Source of the DNA: the human T2T-CHM13v2.0 reference genome, Homo sapiens
Assembly (NCBI RefSeq): GCF_009914755.1
Contig: NC_060947.1
Length of the DNA: 64,000 nt
Strand: one strand, 5' to 3'
Shown: positions 1-14,600 of the stretch, piece after piece
Numbering within the stretch: position 1 is the first letter of the stretch
Layout of the letters: each line of letters starts with the position of its first letter
Notes under the pieces: generated by a model
Databases searched by the model: none
What the model saw: the letters and a program-made list of their open reading frames with translations, nothing else
Told to the model about the DNA's origin: nothing
Translations under genes and position numbers: made by a program

Positions 1-1117
1 CTAAATATATAATTAACAAAGGTATAGGAAATTAACATTGTAGCAATTGCTTCATGTAAGTACTAAATGTATGCTTTTTCTGAAATGGTATTGTTGGTTG
101 TTATTATTAAATCTATATTTCAGATTTGAAGTTAATTAATATTAATATTTTTATTTATGAAGTAAGTATTTTGAAATGCAAACCACTTTTATAGGTAAAA
201 TTTGGGTAGTTTTTCCCCGAAAATAAATTTAAAGTAACAATCTTCTTTGGAGGGGACAAAAATTCATTAACTGAATCATCTAGTTTGTTCTGATTTACTT
301 AAATTATTTAATATTAAAAATGTGAATCCCTTATTGTGATTTTTTTTCTTTAAAGTTCCATCACTATCCATAATTTAAAGTTTCCACTTGCTCTTAAAGT
401 TTGTATGATTTCAGGATTTCTGTATAATTTTTAAACTTTAATGTAGTTTTTTCTAAAAATGGTTCTATTTAAATGGAAAGTGGAATCTTGTCCTTTTTAC
501 TGGGGGAAGGGATTGCTACAGATACACACTACCTTTTAATTATCGATGTAGATATGATTGGATATAATTAGTAAAACTTTATCAATAAGAAAGGTGGAAA
601 ATACAGGATACTACAAAATAGAAGGAGAAAATTTATGTAAATTATATTTTATCACTCTTCTGGTTCCAGTTATAATTGAAGTGTCTCATTAGAAAACTAC
701 TTTCCATTGTATAATATATCAAGTATAATAAGTTAATAACATACCAATATTTTAATTTCCCATTGTAACTTTTATTTTGCCACAGAATATGCAGTATGGG
801 TTTTTGGGGAGAGTGAGAGAGTTTCTTTCTTAGGAATATTGAATTACCATGCTGCATTTTATCAGTCTCACAGGCAATTCACTTATCAAGTAGTTATTTA
901 ATTGAGTATAGGCTTCTTCAGACAAACTTTAGAAACCAGAATGTTCAGATAGTAATTTCTCACCAGTTTAAAGATAGCGTCTGTCTTCATGGATTTATTT
1001 CTGGGGCGTGTGGCAGTTTTAATTTGATAGAGTAATTTTTTATATAAACGAGGTTACAATGTACTTGAAAATTCACCAATTGCTTCACTTTCTTTTCTGA
1101 TGCTGTCTTTTTCTTAG

Positions 1118-1228
<111 letters not shown>

Positions 1229-1579
1229 TAACAACTTATATATCTCACATGATTGAGGTTAACATCTAAGGATAAGGACATGAACAGATAGTAGATACAA
1301 TTTAAAAGAGATACTGAGTTAGTAGCATTCATTCTGTTCAAATTTCCCTTTTTTTTTGTTTAGAATAGCTGTTTACTTAAAGTAAATCAGGTGTTTTCAG
1401 CCAGAGATTTGTCTTTGTATTTTCTGATTCATGACAAGTTATTGTGACATCTGAAAGAATTCATTTCCATCTGTCAAATGATTTGGTTATTTAAAGAAAC
1501 TAAACTCATGCGAGAAATAAATATCAGATAAGTCAGGTTTTCTGAATACTTCCAGTATAATTCAGCTTAATTCAGTGGA

Positions 1580-1960
1580 AGGGCAGCATGGTATAGCTGA
1601 GTGGTTTTCACAGTGACATTCCTGGACACCAGCATTAGCCTCCCTTTGGAACTTGCTATATATGCAAACTGTTAGGCCCTACCCCAGACCTACTAAATCA
1701 GAAATTCTGGAGACCAGCCTATTTCTTAATAAGAGATTCTATTTTAACAAGTGAATCTGAGGCATATTTGCGAACCACCATAAGCAGTGGGCCAGAAGTC
1801 CACAGGCCTATGTCTTTACAACCAGTTCTGCATCTTAATGGCAGTGTAATTTTGGGCAAGACATTTAACCTCTCATTGCTTCAGTTTCTTCGACTATAAT
1901 TGGAAACAAATTATCTGCACTACATACCTCACTAGGTTGTAATGAAAATTAAATAAGCTA
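1580..1960 (+). mobile_element. MIR SINE interrupted by MER5A
   Basis: MIR core motifs ttgggcaagacatttaacctctc...cagtttctt and ggttgtaatgaaaattaaataag; boundaries approximate. Confidence 0.6.
1600..1780. mobile_element. MER5A-like hAT-Charlie DNA transposon
   Basis: agtggttttca...ccagcattagc...ggaacttgct...ccccagacctactaaatcagaaattct...gaaccac matches the MER5A pattern. Confidence 0.7.
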
Positions 1961-2519
1961 AGAAAAGGCCATGCTATAGAGAACTATCTGTGTTATAGAG
2001 AGAAAAGCATGAAGTGATCATGCTGGATATTATTAACATGATCAGTGTGATAGAGGTGAACAGCATAATACATCATCATTCTTGCATTTGGTTATTTCAG
2101 ATTTCCATTCTATTATTATATAAGCAGGTACTGAGCTTTGAATGTATTTTTTTTTTATTTTAGAGATTCTGCCAATTGCATGCATATGCAGTGCTCTTTT
2201 AAAGAAGACTGAGGTGGAATTAGTTCAATCTCAAATTATTATTGATCTGAACATTTTACCAGCATTTTCTTTTTAAAAATCAACATTCTTTTCATCTAAT
2301 TCCCCTATGTAATCACTTACTGATATTTTTCCTTGCTTCTCTTGGTTTCTTGTGAAAGGTGAAACATATATATTTGCAGTTGGAGTGCAGGAGCAGCTTC
2401 ACATTTGGTATTAAATATGAGAGTCGTAGGGATCAAGAATATCAGTAACATGCATATTATGAAGATTTTAACAATTTTAAATGCAGTTAAGATGCTACAA
2501 ACTATATGCTTGTCATCAA

Positions 2520-2810
2520 TTGTTCATTCTGATTTATTTATTCATTCATGTATTCATTTGTTCATTTAACAGACCTCTGCTTCATGTCTGCTATGTTTCA
2601 GGCATGGTGCTAGGTATTGGAAGAATTTTAAAATAACTAGTTTGGTGCCATCAAGGCGTGGAGAGCATGTGGGGGTTCATCTTTATAAACAGTAGTGTAA
2701 TTTGCATGGATGGACAAAGGGAAGAATAGTAAATACTGCCAAGTGAAATCAGAGAAAGAATCACAGAAATGGTTATTTTGAACTGTATCTTGAAGAATTG
2801 GTAGGAATGG
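2520..2810 (-). mobile_element. L2 LINE 3' remnant
   Basis: (attc)n tail followed by tgctatgtttcaggcatggtgctaggtattgg, typical of an antisense L2 3' end. Confidence 0.6.
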
Positions 2811-4844
2811 ATCTCTATATTGTCTCAGGTCTGCAAAAAAATGTGGAGCACTGTCTTGCTCATATTACTCACTAATGTTTCATAAATAGATAAGTGATCA
2901 AAAGAGAGATTGAGTCTGGGAGTAGTTCAGATATGAACCATATATTAATAGTTCATCTTTTGATTCTTTTTTTTCTTAAAAATATTTAAGTATTTTTGGT
3001 AACCTCAGTCATTTATAATTAGGAGATCTGTCTTGAGTCTTAGTAAAGCTGCTCACTAGAGTGGGTAAGTTATTTTGCTTTGCTGTGCCCTAATTTCTTA
3101 GTTTTCTTATATGTGAAATGAGGCATTTGGACAAAATTCTATCTCTAGGATCTCTTTTAAAACTAAAAATCTATAATTTATATGACTTCTTTACTTACCT
3201 GTGCAAAATGTTTCAGTTTCTTTGAATTTTATATACTATCATTTTCTTCTACATAATGACTAGAGCCATTTGCTCGATATTTTTTCCATACTTTCCTTTA
3301 AAAGGATCAGTTGTGAACCAAATACCACAGGAACCAACTATAGTTACAAATATATTAATGATTTACAATCTTTTCAGAATTGTTTCATGGTACTTGTCTG
3401 ACTTGGTAATATGTCCCCCTCCTAAAGGTGCTGTGAGATTAAAATATTATATTATTGTTATGACTCTATTCTTAGAGTTTTTTATTGTAGATTGATCTAT
3501 CCCCTTAATAATGTAATTGTGTTATTACTTCAGTAACTAGAACTCCCTGGTATGTTGTCTTATCTTGAATTATAGCCTATGACAAATAATTTTATTGTGA
3601 ATTTTAAAAATGTGTTGAATGGAGGTTAACATTGTTTCAAGACTTCTATGTTTTAAAAATAATTGGAAATGAATAAAAAACAAACTGGAAATCACTTTTA
3701 AAGTATGTCCTACTCCAGGGTCTCAAAAGTAGCATTGTACTTTGCAGATTACATTACCATATTCTTCTTCTTTAGCTTTCAGTAGATAATAACGAAGAGT
3801 ATCACAGCATTTATGTTTGTGTGTGATAGATAAACACATACACATCTATCTAGACAAATACATTTTTATAAAAATGGATTTTCTATATATTCAAAAGCAT
3901 ATTAAAATGCATATAATCAATAAGTAGCTAACAAGAAAAATATAATATTTTAAATTCATTACTCAGACCTGCAATATAAAATTTCTATCTTAAATCTCAT
4001 TTTAATTTCCTAAAAACTCCTTAAAACTTGTCAGTATTAGCTTACCAAGTTTGTTTGTTTTTGTTTTTCATCCCTTTTGGGAATAAAGGAAAAAAGTGTT
4101 AGATTATTGCATTCTATAGAAATATTGGCATTTTAGTTCATTGAATGTGGTTTTACTGTCCAGTGTATTACACTATATGTAACATGAGAAATAGCATCCT
4201 CTTATAACTAGACACTTAGCATGTTATGTAATATGATTTGAACTAATTGCTGTCCATCTTTTAATTTGCTTTGCTAGATTATTCAGAATTGGTGTTACTG
4301 ATGAAATAAATTAGCAATTTAATTATCAAACTTCAAATCTTTGATGCTGATCATATTCATGTACTTGAAATGGATTTGTTGAAGTTAATGTGAATTATTT
4401 ATATCAAATGGAAAGGATCACAATACAAAAAGATATAATTTTTTGAAATGCATTTTTGAAGCACTTACCCACTAGAGCCTAGGAGAGTTGCTTGTATAAA
4501 GTTTACAAAGGTTAATACCAATTATCATTTTTTCATAATGCTCTCAGAAACGTGTTCTTTTATAATAAATATCTATATATTATTTTGCATTTCTGTTTGT
4601 TGTCATTAGCTATGCATAGAATGCAAACTATTTTTTATTAATTTTTTTCTTTCTATGTTTATTTAACTGGCTCAGCAGGTAAAAACAGTGTATTAAATAC
4701 TAATAACCGTGTTTATTGCTTTAATTCCTTGAAATTTTTAATTAATTTTTAAATCTAATTTATGGAGATGAACTTTTTGTAGTGTTTCCAGAGACAGGAA
4801 ATGACTGATAAAATTTATGTTCTTTATCGTTTCTTTTATATTAA

Positions 4845-4955
<111 letters not shown>

Positions 4956-5509
4956 TAATTTTGATTTGCTAAAGCTTTAAAAGAATGCCAATGAAATGAA
5001 ATTCCTGTTTGTATACAAAATATTGAACAGCCTTTTGAAAAAATAACTGAATATTTATTCTTCTTAATTATTTGATGGAACGTAAAGCATTTTTTTAAAA
5101 GAACCTGAAGAGCATTGGTGGTGGTTGAGGTTAGATATACATTTCTGTATGGAAAAGTACTAGATAATAGTATATATTCCATGAACTGGAATAACAATTT
5201 TGGAATAGAAATTAAAGTGACAGTATGTATAAATTCAACCTTTTCTTGATACAACTTTTTGAAAGTTTCATTTTATAAATTATTGAATTACCTAGTAGAT
5301 GTTTTATAACAGCATACATCCATTTATCTAACATTGATTTGTTCATTAAAGTATCTGGTGGTTTTGGGGGGAGTATTTTAAATGTAGATCTTTGAAAATT
5401 TTAAAATTTTTAATAGCTGAATTAGCTTTTTATTTCCTAAAAGAGGACAACAGTTTTCATTTTAAAAAATGTTCTTGCCCTATGAACCTCACAAATCCCT
5501 TTGTTATCT

Positions 5510-5596
5510 ACCCTTAAAAATCTACAGTAGGCACAGAATCCCACTGCCATTTTTTATAATAGTGGGATTCTGTGCCTATTGTAGATTTTTAAGGGT
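5510..5596. repeat. Near-perfect inverted repeat: 36-bp arms and a 15-nt spacer
   Basis: acccttaaaaatctacagtaggcacagaatcccact (5510-5545) is the reverse complement of agtgggattctgtgcctattgtagatttttaagggt (5561-5596) except G5527/T5579. Confidence 0.95.
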
Positions 5597-6704
5597 TATT
5601 TTTCTTAAACTTAGGTTTAGAAAATGAACATTATATGCTTTTCATTTTGGACTATTTTATATGTCTCAGTTGATTCACTTTTTTCCACTCTCTCTGCCAA
5701 AATAAAGTATATTTGTTATCTTAAAAAGTTAAAATAATCCAAAATTATTAATATCATAACTCATTTGAAAAAAGGCAGAGTTTTTATTAGTATTCTGCTC
5801 CTCGCTTACTAACTCATCAGAGTGAGTAATTATTTCCTATTACACAATTTAACTAAATTTGCTTTTGCATGTCCTAGTGATGGAAGAAATTTTGTGAAAA
5901 ACCTGATTTTTCTCAGTGATTCTAATCATAAGGCAAATGACATTTCAATTTTGGTTTTGAATAATTTGAGAAGTCTGTGATATTTTGGAAAGGCTCCTAG
6001 ACACTGATAATTAAAGCCATGATGTCTCTTCAATAAGTTCATTATCTAAGTGAAGTAAAAGTTGGTAAACGTTTTCAAAATTAAATGCGTGGGTGTACCT
6101 TTGACACTGAATAATAGAGTGTTGGTAGTAGACAAAGCCTTTCCACACTATGACAGTTTTGATGGCTTTCTTTTCTGATTACTAGAAACTGTACAAAGTA
6201 GTTGTTCTGACTGAAGTTTCCTGTCCCATAGGATGAGGATTTGGGCAGTGGGATAAAGCAGCTGCTTCAGTAGACGAGTAGCTTTTCCCTCTTCTAATGT
6301 TTATGCTGCTTCCATTTCTGCAATGTGACCTTAACAAACATGACATCTGTTGAATAGTTTCAGCATGCATTTCCAGATGGTCATTAAGAGGATAGAGATT
6401 AGTCTCTAATAAAAATAAAATTATTTAAAGGATATTGTTTGTGGAACAAAGATACTGGTGTTTATGAAATGAATATGAAAGCCTTTGAAAGTCTACAAAT
6501 AAACTAATAAAATCTATGTGGATTGGTGACATTTAAATACACCTAGAATGTGTAAATGCATCTTTACATCACAGGAATATTCTAAAATATTGAAAACTAC
6601 ACAGAATGATCTTTGGGAAAACTTGGTTCCAGCTCTTGCTCTGAAATTGACTTATGGCTTTAAGTGAGTCATGGTAACTGTGCATCTGTTTACCTTTTTC
6701 TAAT

Positions 6705-6900
6705 GATAATAACCATAGCTAACACTTATTGTGTTCTTACAGTGTGCCAAGCATCATGTTAAGTATTTTACATATTTTATTTCATTTAGTCCATGCAATA
6801 ATCCTGCAAATAAGGTATATGTAGAAATTGAGACTCAGAATAATTATTCAGCTCACCCAAAACTCAAAGTTCTTTGACTCTAAGACCCATGTTCTTACTT
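6705..6900 (-). mobile_element. MIR SINE
   Basis: gctaacacttattg...tgtgccaagcat...gaaattgagactcaga is an antisense MIR signature. Confidence 0.6.
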
Positions 6901-9900
6901 CAATTTTATTATACTCCCTCCCAAAACTCAAAAATTATATAACTATCCAACAAAAGAGGAAGAATCCTAACAAGCATGTAAGTAAATCTCAGGATTCAAT
7001 GAAAGATTAAGTGGGGCCAAGGTAGGAGAAGAAGAAAGGAAGTGAGAATTTACATAGCTGGGATAGCGAGCCAGCTGAACTGAAATTAGAAATAGGGTTG
7101 AAACTTAACTTTACTGCCACTTCCTCACTCTGCTTCTTTCACTCAGATAAGTAAGATATGTAAAAACACCTGTCATAATGCCGGGCACACATTAGGAGCT
7201 CAATAACAACTTTGCAACCGCCTTTCTTCTCTTTTACCTGCTACAACAGTTGGACCAATTGGAATCCTCCTTCTTGGCATACTGCTACTAGAGCCAACAA
7301 ATTGATTTTGGAATATAATAGAGACAAGATAGTATGTTGAATTTCATGAAAGTAGACTTTTTTAATAATATGATCGGTTGCCAGGTTTTTTTGTGTTCAA
7401 GTAGAGGCATATTTGGGCAAAACCAATGCATTTCACTAAATGTAGCCTACTCTGCCCTCTTTTTCTTGCTGTTGCCTGTATTGTGGTCTGTACAGTGCAT
7501 TTAATCTCTTATTAGATAATATACAGAGGTGGTGAAATGGAAATTCTCTTAATTGAAGCAAGTATAAATTATTTATAGTCTGCAATTATCCCTTCTCTCC
7601 CTACGTTCATTACCATAGGGTTTGGTTATGATATAATAGTTACATTAAAGTATGGCCTAATAAATTTGAAATACATAACTAATATTAATTCTCTAATCCA
7701 TTAATTGACTAGAATAGTGAGATTGCCAGTATTGTTCCATACCAATTTAGACTCATTAATGAAAAGAACAATGTTAAATCTTATAATTTTGGATGATACT
7801 AACCCAGTTAGTATTTTTCTGTAATTCTAAAATTTCCTATGACTATAGGTAGTAATGTAAAATATAAAATCTGATATTTTTCTTTACTTAAGATAAATAC
7901 AAAAATTATTTTAAATATTTCCCTAAGAGTCTAAGAAAGTTGAATAAATCAGATGAATTCAAATACTATTTTTTTAAATTGCTAGTATGGTATATCTTCA
8001 AGATGTCTAATTAGATGCCTATGTTTCTAGTTTGCTCCTTTTTTAAAAGTATTTTCTTAATTGAAATGAAACTGGAAGTTTTATGTCCTTTTTCATGTTG
8101 CTATATTCTCTGTTATAAGTGGCTTTTAAGTTTTTCAAACCAACATACTTCTGTGGCTGAGAAACTGTGGCTGCCAGATAGGAAGAAGAAAAAATCATGA
8201 ACATCCAAGCAAAGCAGACTGAGTCTTATTACATGTCTTCCCCACCATTGAAGATCCAACTCCTCAAAGGCTGCTGGAATCTCCCAAGATTTTTTCCACT
8301 TCATCTGCCACTACATCCCTCTCTCTGGGAGATACCTCGGCATAGTTTGATGCAGCAACTCTGCCCTCATGATGCACTTTTAACACATTTTTTTAGCTGA
8401 TGAGACTACTTATAGTTATTAAAATTATTGGGGCATATTTATAATCTGTTCAATTTCATGTTAATACTGTTTTTGGTGTGCAAAGGGTTCTAAAGATTCT
8501 ATCCATACTAAAAACAGTCTCGGGAATATCACTTGAGAAGAGTGGCATATATGATGGTTGAATCTATTAACAACATTTGGAAGTTTTTCCTTTTATTTTG
8601 TATTAATATTAAAACATATTCACTGTTATTTTGAAAGATATTCTGGAACCTGATGACTACATTATGGAAAGAAATGTTTCAATAGATGAGGCTATAAAGG
8701 ATACTGGAATGGAAAATAACCAGGTTGGGATAGTCAAGAAGAAGATAGACTGCAGCAAATAGGATGTTCTACATTGATTAGTGAGAGATGGAAGATAAGT
8801 ACTATAAGCTAGTGGTTTTTGTTACCTCCAAAATGATAAACATTGTTGAGCAAGACTAAGGATGGCAGAGAGTGTGGGAGGAGGGAACAGATTGAAGGAC
8901 TATCTCAAAACTTCCTCTAACTTCATTTATGCGTCTCCCTTACTCTCACTGTTGTCTCTCATTTTGGACTCTGTCCTCACTCTCTTGTTCCTTCAACCCC
9001 AGAACAACAGGAGAATATTGTTCAAAGGAGAAGCCAACATAATCAGAATGGATAGAGAGTGTGGTATCCCCTTAATATTCATCTCTCCTTTTCCCTCCCT
9101 CTCAATTTACCTCCTTCCCTGGACTTCAGCAGAAATGAATGAGTCATTGAGTGGAATCAATACCATGATATTGTCTAACAGCAGATGTACTTTCTTTCTC
9201 TTTTTTGATTTGCTAAATTGTTGTCTTTATTTTTTTGGTTTTTTTCTAATTCCATTTTCTTTTCTTTATCATTCTCATCTCTTCTCACTGGACTATTTCT
9301 CCTCCACTCTTCATCTCATTAAGTTTTCTTTGTTCTTCCCTATTTTCTTCTGTTCTGCTTTCTCAGAGGAGAAAGTATTTATCATATAATTCCATATACC
9401 TAAGATACTGAAAACTGAGACCACAAGAGGCAGTGTTTCTGGTGTACCCCACATCTTATTCCTGTAAACACACATGTTGCTGGACTACAGAGATTAATTA
9501 TGTTAGCATGGTGTTTAACATATTGCTTAATAAATAATGGGTTCTTATAATAGCCTAAAATAACTATGTTAGGATTCTGTGAAATCAGTATTCTAAAATA
9601 GAACAAGTGAATCATTCTCTTTTGGGAGGGGGAAAAATTATGAAGAGACATATACCAAAAATTAAGGAAATGATGCATCAATGATTTTAGTTACTCATAA
9701 TAATATTTTATTTCAGATTCTACCTTATGTAGTGGTTTATGAGAGCTTCATAGATTGTTTTTCTTTTATTTCACATTGAACATTATGGATTTGATGAGAA
9801 TGTGTGGAAACTGGTTTTGAAGTGATACGTATTGATATAAACTGTATTTTTATTTTGTACAGAGAAATCAATTTATTACTTTATCATCCAATATAATATT

Positions 9901-11374
9901 TCATGTTTCTGTTATCAAACTAAAATTTATTATCTTAAGTCCTTATATAAAGGAGATAAATTGTATGATATCTCAATAATAGTTACTTCCTGTTAACCAA
10001 TTTATTTTCTCTGCAGATCTCTGCATCCTGATTTGTTTCTTTCTTATTTGTGCAGTTCTTACTAGCTTTACCAGGAAGAGTAGTTGCTTTTTTAAAATGG
10101 TTACTGTTTCATTTTTTATGATTAAACTTTATCTTTCAGTGTCAACGTGGTTACTATGATCTAGTTATTTTACATGGAATTTTTAGTTTCCTTATAAGTT
10201 TATTTCATGTGTTTAAAATGTATCTATTGGCTGAAGTTCTTACCTACTCTGGCTTATTAACTTATTAAGTGTATGGCTCATTTGCAAATCAGCATCATCC
10301 TCAGTCACCCCCCACCCGTTTTTTTTTTTTATCTCTTTCATAAAAGGAAGAGTCTGCCAGTCACAATTGCCCAATCCACTTCCTTTTCATATTAGGAGTA
10401 GGCAATCAGTAGATAACATTTAACTGCCTGATAAAAAATTATCACATGAAAGGGAAACGCTAAAGAACCACCATATAATAGGAAATTAAATAGATGATGG
10501 CATTAATCTTAAGTTCTTTTTAGTTTATTTAGCCCTAGGACTCAAGGATAGGTTTCATCCACTAAATTAATATTCTGATTGGCATGGTAGCTCAAATTGT
10601 AGGTAACATAGCCACTCATTACTTTTACATTTCCTCTCACACTGTCCCTTCTGCATCTTATTATCCTAATAGTGGACAATAAAGGATTTTTAAAAGTTGG
10701 AAAAATGGTATATAGAATTCACTATGGTCTCATATGGAGCTGACATTGAGTTCCTTTTTTTGTCTGAGTTGCTGGAATTTTGGTAAAGTGATTTCTAAAG
10801 GTAACTTCCACAGTGAAAATACAGCCATTACAGAAGTTTTTCTTACTAAAAATTCTATTAATAAAGATTTAGGATGATACTTTTAGCTATATATATATAC
10901 GTGTGTGCTTTAGTTTTGTGTTGTGATAAATATATACATATATTGCAGTATTTGCTAAATTTTCAAATAAGCATATTTTTGTTACATGTCTGCTAGTAAA
11001 TGACATTGTAAAAATCATTTATAGCAAAGTTGTACATTTTTAAACATATTACTTTTTGAATACTAGGGTTTGAGTTGCTTTTTAATTTTGTCATTTAAGT
11101 TCCTGAATTAAATTTAAGCATGAATTTTTTGTAAGTATAGATTTTCCACAAAATTATTATAAATGGGAGCTTTAACATTTTAGATAAGGATGCTTCATTT
11201 TACTCCTTAGCTTTGGTGACTGGGAGTCTTTTCTTTTTATTTCAAAATACATATTTTTCCAGCATCTTTGTAAGAAGAACAGAAATGAAATATAGGAAGG
11301 AATGGCTGAAATTTAATAACTTAATAACCCATGTAAATATCTTCATAAAAAAATTAGTTAAAGGCCTGTATTGT

Positions 11375-11673
11375 GGCTGAGGGCGGTGGCTCATGCCTGT
11401 AATTCCAGCACTTTGGTAGGCCAGGGTGGAGGGGGATTGCTTGAGGCTAGAAGTTCAAGACCAGCCTGGGCAACATAGCGAGACCACGTCTCTACAGAAA
11501 ATTTTTAAAAATTAGCCAAGTGTCGCAGCATGTGTTTGTAGTTCAAACTACTCAGGAGGCTGAGGCAGGAAGATCACTTGAGCCTAGAAATTCAAGGTTG
11601 CAGAGGGCTATGATCGTGCCACTGCACTCCAGCCTGGGCAACAGAGTGAGACTCTGTCTCAAAAAAAGAAAAA
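11375..11673 (+). mobile_element. Alu SINE (AluJ-like), full dimer
   Basis: ggctgagggcggtggctcatgcctgtaattccagcact...actctgtctc plus A tail; degenerate TSD cctgtatt on both sides. Confidence 0.92.
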
Positions 11674-14600
11674 CCTGTATTATTATGGTTATTTTAAAAT
11701 ATGTTACTGCTCTTTTGGGGACTGAGGTTCTACAGTATGATCAGAGGTTTACATTACAGCTTTACCTTTCACTACAATGTAATTGTCTTCCTCCTTTTCT
11801 CTCTTTAGCAAAAGCTTTCAGACCCATTCAGTTTTATGTTTTGATGAAGTAAAAGGACATTGTGAATGATGCTGAAATAAAAACAAAATTGGCTTTTAGT
11901 TTTCTGTAGCATATATGAATGAAAACCATGAAACCTCCGAAATAAACCTTAAGCCTTGAAAGACCACAGCATTACCAAATGCCATATTGGAAGGGGAGAA
12001 GGAAAAGTGAGCTGTATGTTCAAGATGCTGAACTATACCCACAGCTTTGGAATCAGCTTATCACAAAAGTCAAGACACCAACTATACAAAGTCCGCAGTT
12101 AATATAAGTGATAGGTTACAGGAGATAGTGCAAGTAACAGGGTATGGAAAGTCACCACCTTTGGTAAAACTATGTGGGTGATTCATAAAACTTACATGAA
12201 AAATTATTATCACTATTTTCTTTCTCCCATGAACTTCGTTATGAGTCAATCAAGAAATTCTGATTTAGCTCTCAGAACTTCTTGAATGTGGGGCAAAAAG
12301 ATTCCAGGGGAGAAAAAGTGCTAGCTTCTTGTAGTGTTTGAGTTGCCTCTCTCTCTTGGACTCTCTGTCCATCTTTAGCTGTGAGAAATTATGTTCTCTG
12401 TTAGTGCTTTCTTTTTAAATACTACATATTTATACACACACATTATATATGCACACATATTCATAACTGTGAAATTCACATTAAGATATTAAGTATTAAA
12501 AAAGATATATGTAAATTCAGATTGTTAGCAGCTCAACATGGTCTAAGTTTTACTTTGAAATTAAGCCACGTTAAAAAACCAAATGCCTTGATGTACTCTT
12601 ATTTCACTGGATAAGTGCCATTTAAAGTTCAGGAGGATGTGAGATGAAGAATGGCTCAATGAATAAAGACATTAAATTGTCGGCTTTTTTTCTCTAATGA
12701 AAATAAAATCTTTCCCGTATTTCTTCTTTTCAAATGTTTGTTCCTTTTATCTTTTCCCAAGACTTTCTTCGAATCATGTTTATAAAAATATCAACACTAA
12801 AGTTTTATTTAAAATAGGTAAACCTTGGGACATTTCTGAATACTCTGAATTACCTATTTAAGTTACTCTAAGCTAGGGTTAAAAATCACTTATTTGCATA
12901 GTTCCTTAACCACTGCATACACATTAGCTTATATTCCTTTGTACCTGAACCATGACTAATTCTTTATTTCTGTTCAGTGAATAAATGACTGTGAAAGAAC
13001 AAAATTAAGATATCTCCAAATGTAGTAGACTTTAATATTGTAAGACTTTTTTTATTAATATTTCATGGGAAAAAATTAGGTGAAGATGGATTTCGTAGAT
13101 TGGTACTCATTATTTAATAGTTTTAGAATCTTTGAAAGGCACTGTATATCAAAATTCATTATTTCTGAAATGTTTATAACAGTATGCTATTTCCTTCACA
13201 TAGATTGTTTTCCCAAAGAAAGAGGTAGTCATTGGTATAAAATGTTTAATTTATTAGATACTTCAGTATCTTTTTAGTAACACAAAGAAACAGAACATTA
13301 TAATAAATATGTCAGCACCAAAAAATTTGGCAAAGACTGAGTGTCATTAGTGGCAGTATGATGGCTTGTGTGTTGAATTAAGTCTCTTCAGTGCTCTTAA
13401 AAAGAGCAGGAGGATATTTGGGTGTAGCATGACTCATATTACCAGACATTCATATAGGCATACTTCTAGTCTATAAAATTTCCTTTGGGAAAAGGTATCA
13501 TCTACATTACATCCTGTGAGTAAGAGTGTGTGTATACACAGGAGTGTGTGTAAATGTTGATAATGAATCTGTTTCTTTGTCTTGTGTAGGGTAATAACTT
13601 TGAAAATATTTTAAGAAATGTTCTATCTTCCTGCCTGTGGGTGTAAAGATGCTCTCTTGCAACTCCAAATATAGCCATGAAAAAAGGTAAAAAAAAAGGT
13701 CTGGGTTGATAGGCTTAAATTCTTACCTTTATGTTTATTTGTAACTGGCTACTTGGGACCATAGAGTAGAAATTATCTTTTCATATGTTAGTCAAATAAC
13801 TCACCAGCTGTTATTTGGAAAGCAGACCAGGGCAAGTTCTAAAGGGGTCAGAGACAACTTCTTCCCTCTATGTACTGAGGGGAAAAGAAGCCTATCATCT
13901 CTTCAGCACCAACCCCAAAGCCTCTTGTGCACCTAATCCAGGCAACCAATTTTCCAGGACCTGCCCACTTATGTTGTCCTTCACAAAGGAACACCTGCTG
14001 TCTGCTTCAGCCTGATCAAAACAATTACAAGCCCCATCCACAAGAAAGCAGAACCTCTGGCTTTTAGCACTTGGGATTCCTTAATGACCTTCTTGGGAAA
14101 TTTTAATCCTGTTTATGTTGTGTGTAAAATACATTTTAATGTACATGTTGGGGATTATATATAAATTAGTAAGCTATATGACTTGCTGTTGCTTGTAGGC
14201 ACTGACTTCTGCTACCTTGGATAATGAAGAAGATAATAGTAGTTCAGTGTATGTGAAAAACATTATAGCTAATAATAAGACATTTGTGTAAAAATGCATA
14301 TGGTGGTTTTATAAAGGTTCATTTTAGCCCATGAAATTAATGTGAATGAATTACTCTATTAAAATATTGATAAAGCACTACAAAATATTTTTCTGGAAAA
14401 AACACCTTCATAACAGTGTTTATATGATGCATATGATAAAGTAAAATTTTTCCAGGACAAATAGGATCTATACCCACTGTTCTTTTCCTTGTTTTAATCA
14501 CATCATTATGACTTTAGGTCTGGAGTATTCAAGATAGAAATGTTTTTTCAAAGGTTCATTTATAAGGAGAAAGTTTATTTGAAATTTTGAGGTACAGAAT

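Noticed and set aside
8862-9389. 175-aa ORF, the longest non-L1 ORF in the track
   Set aside because: Its F/L/S-rich composition comes from a low-complexity pyrimidine tract; it has no recognisable domain or exon structure.
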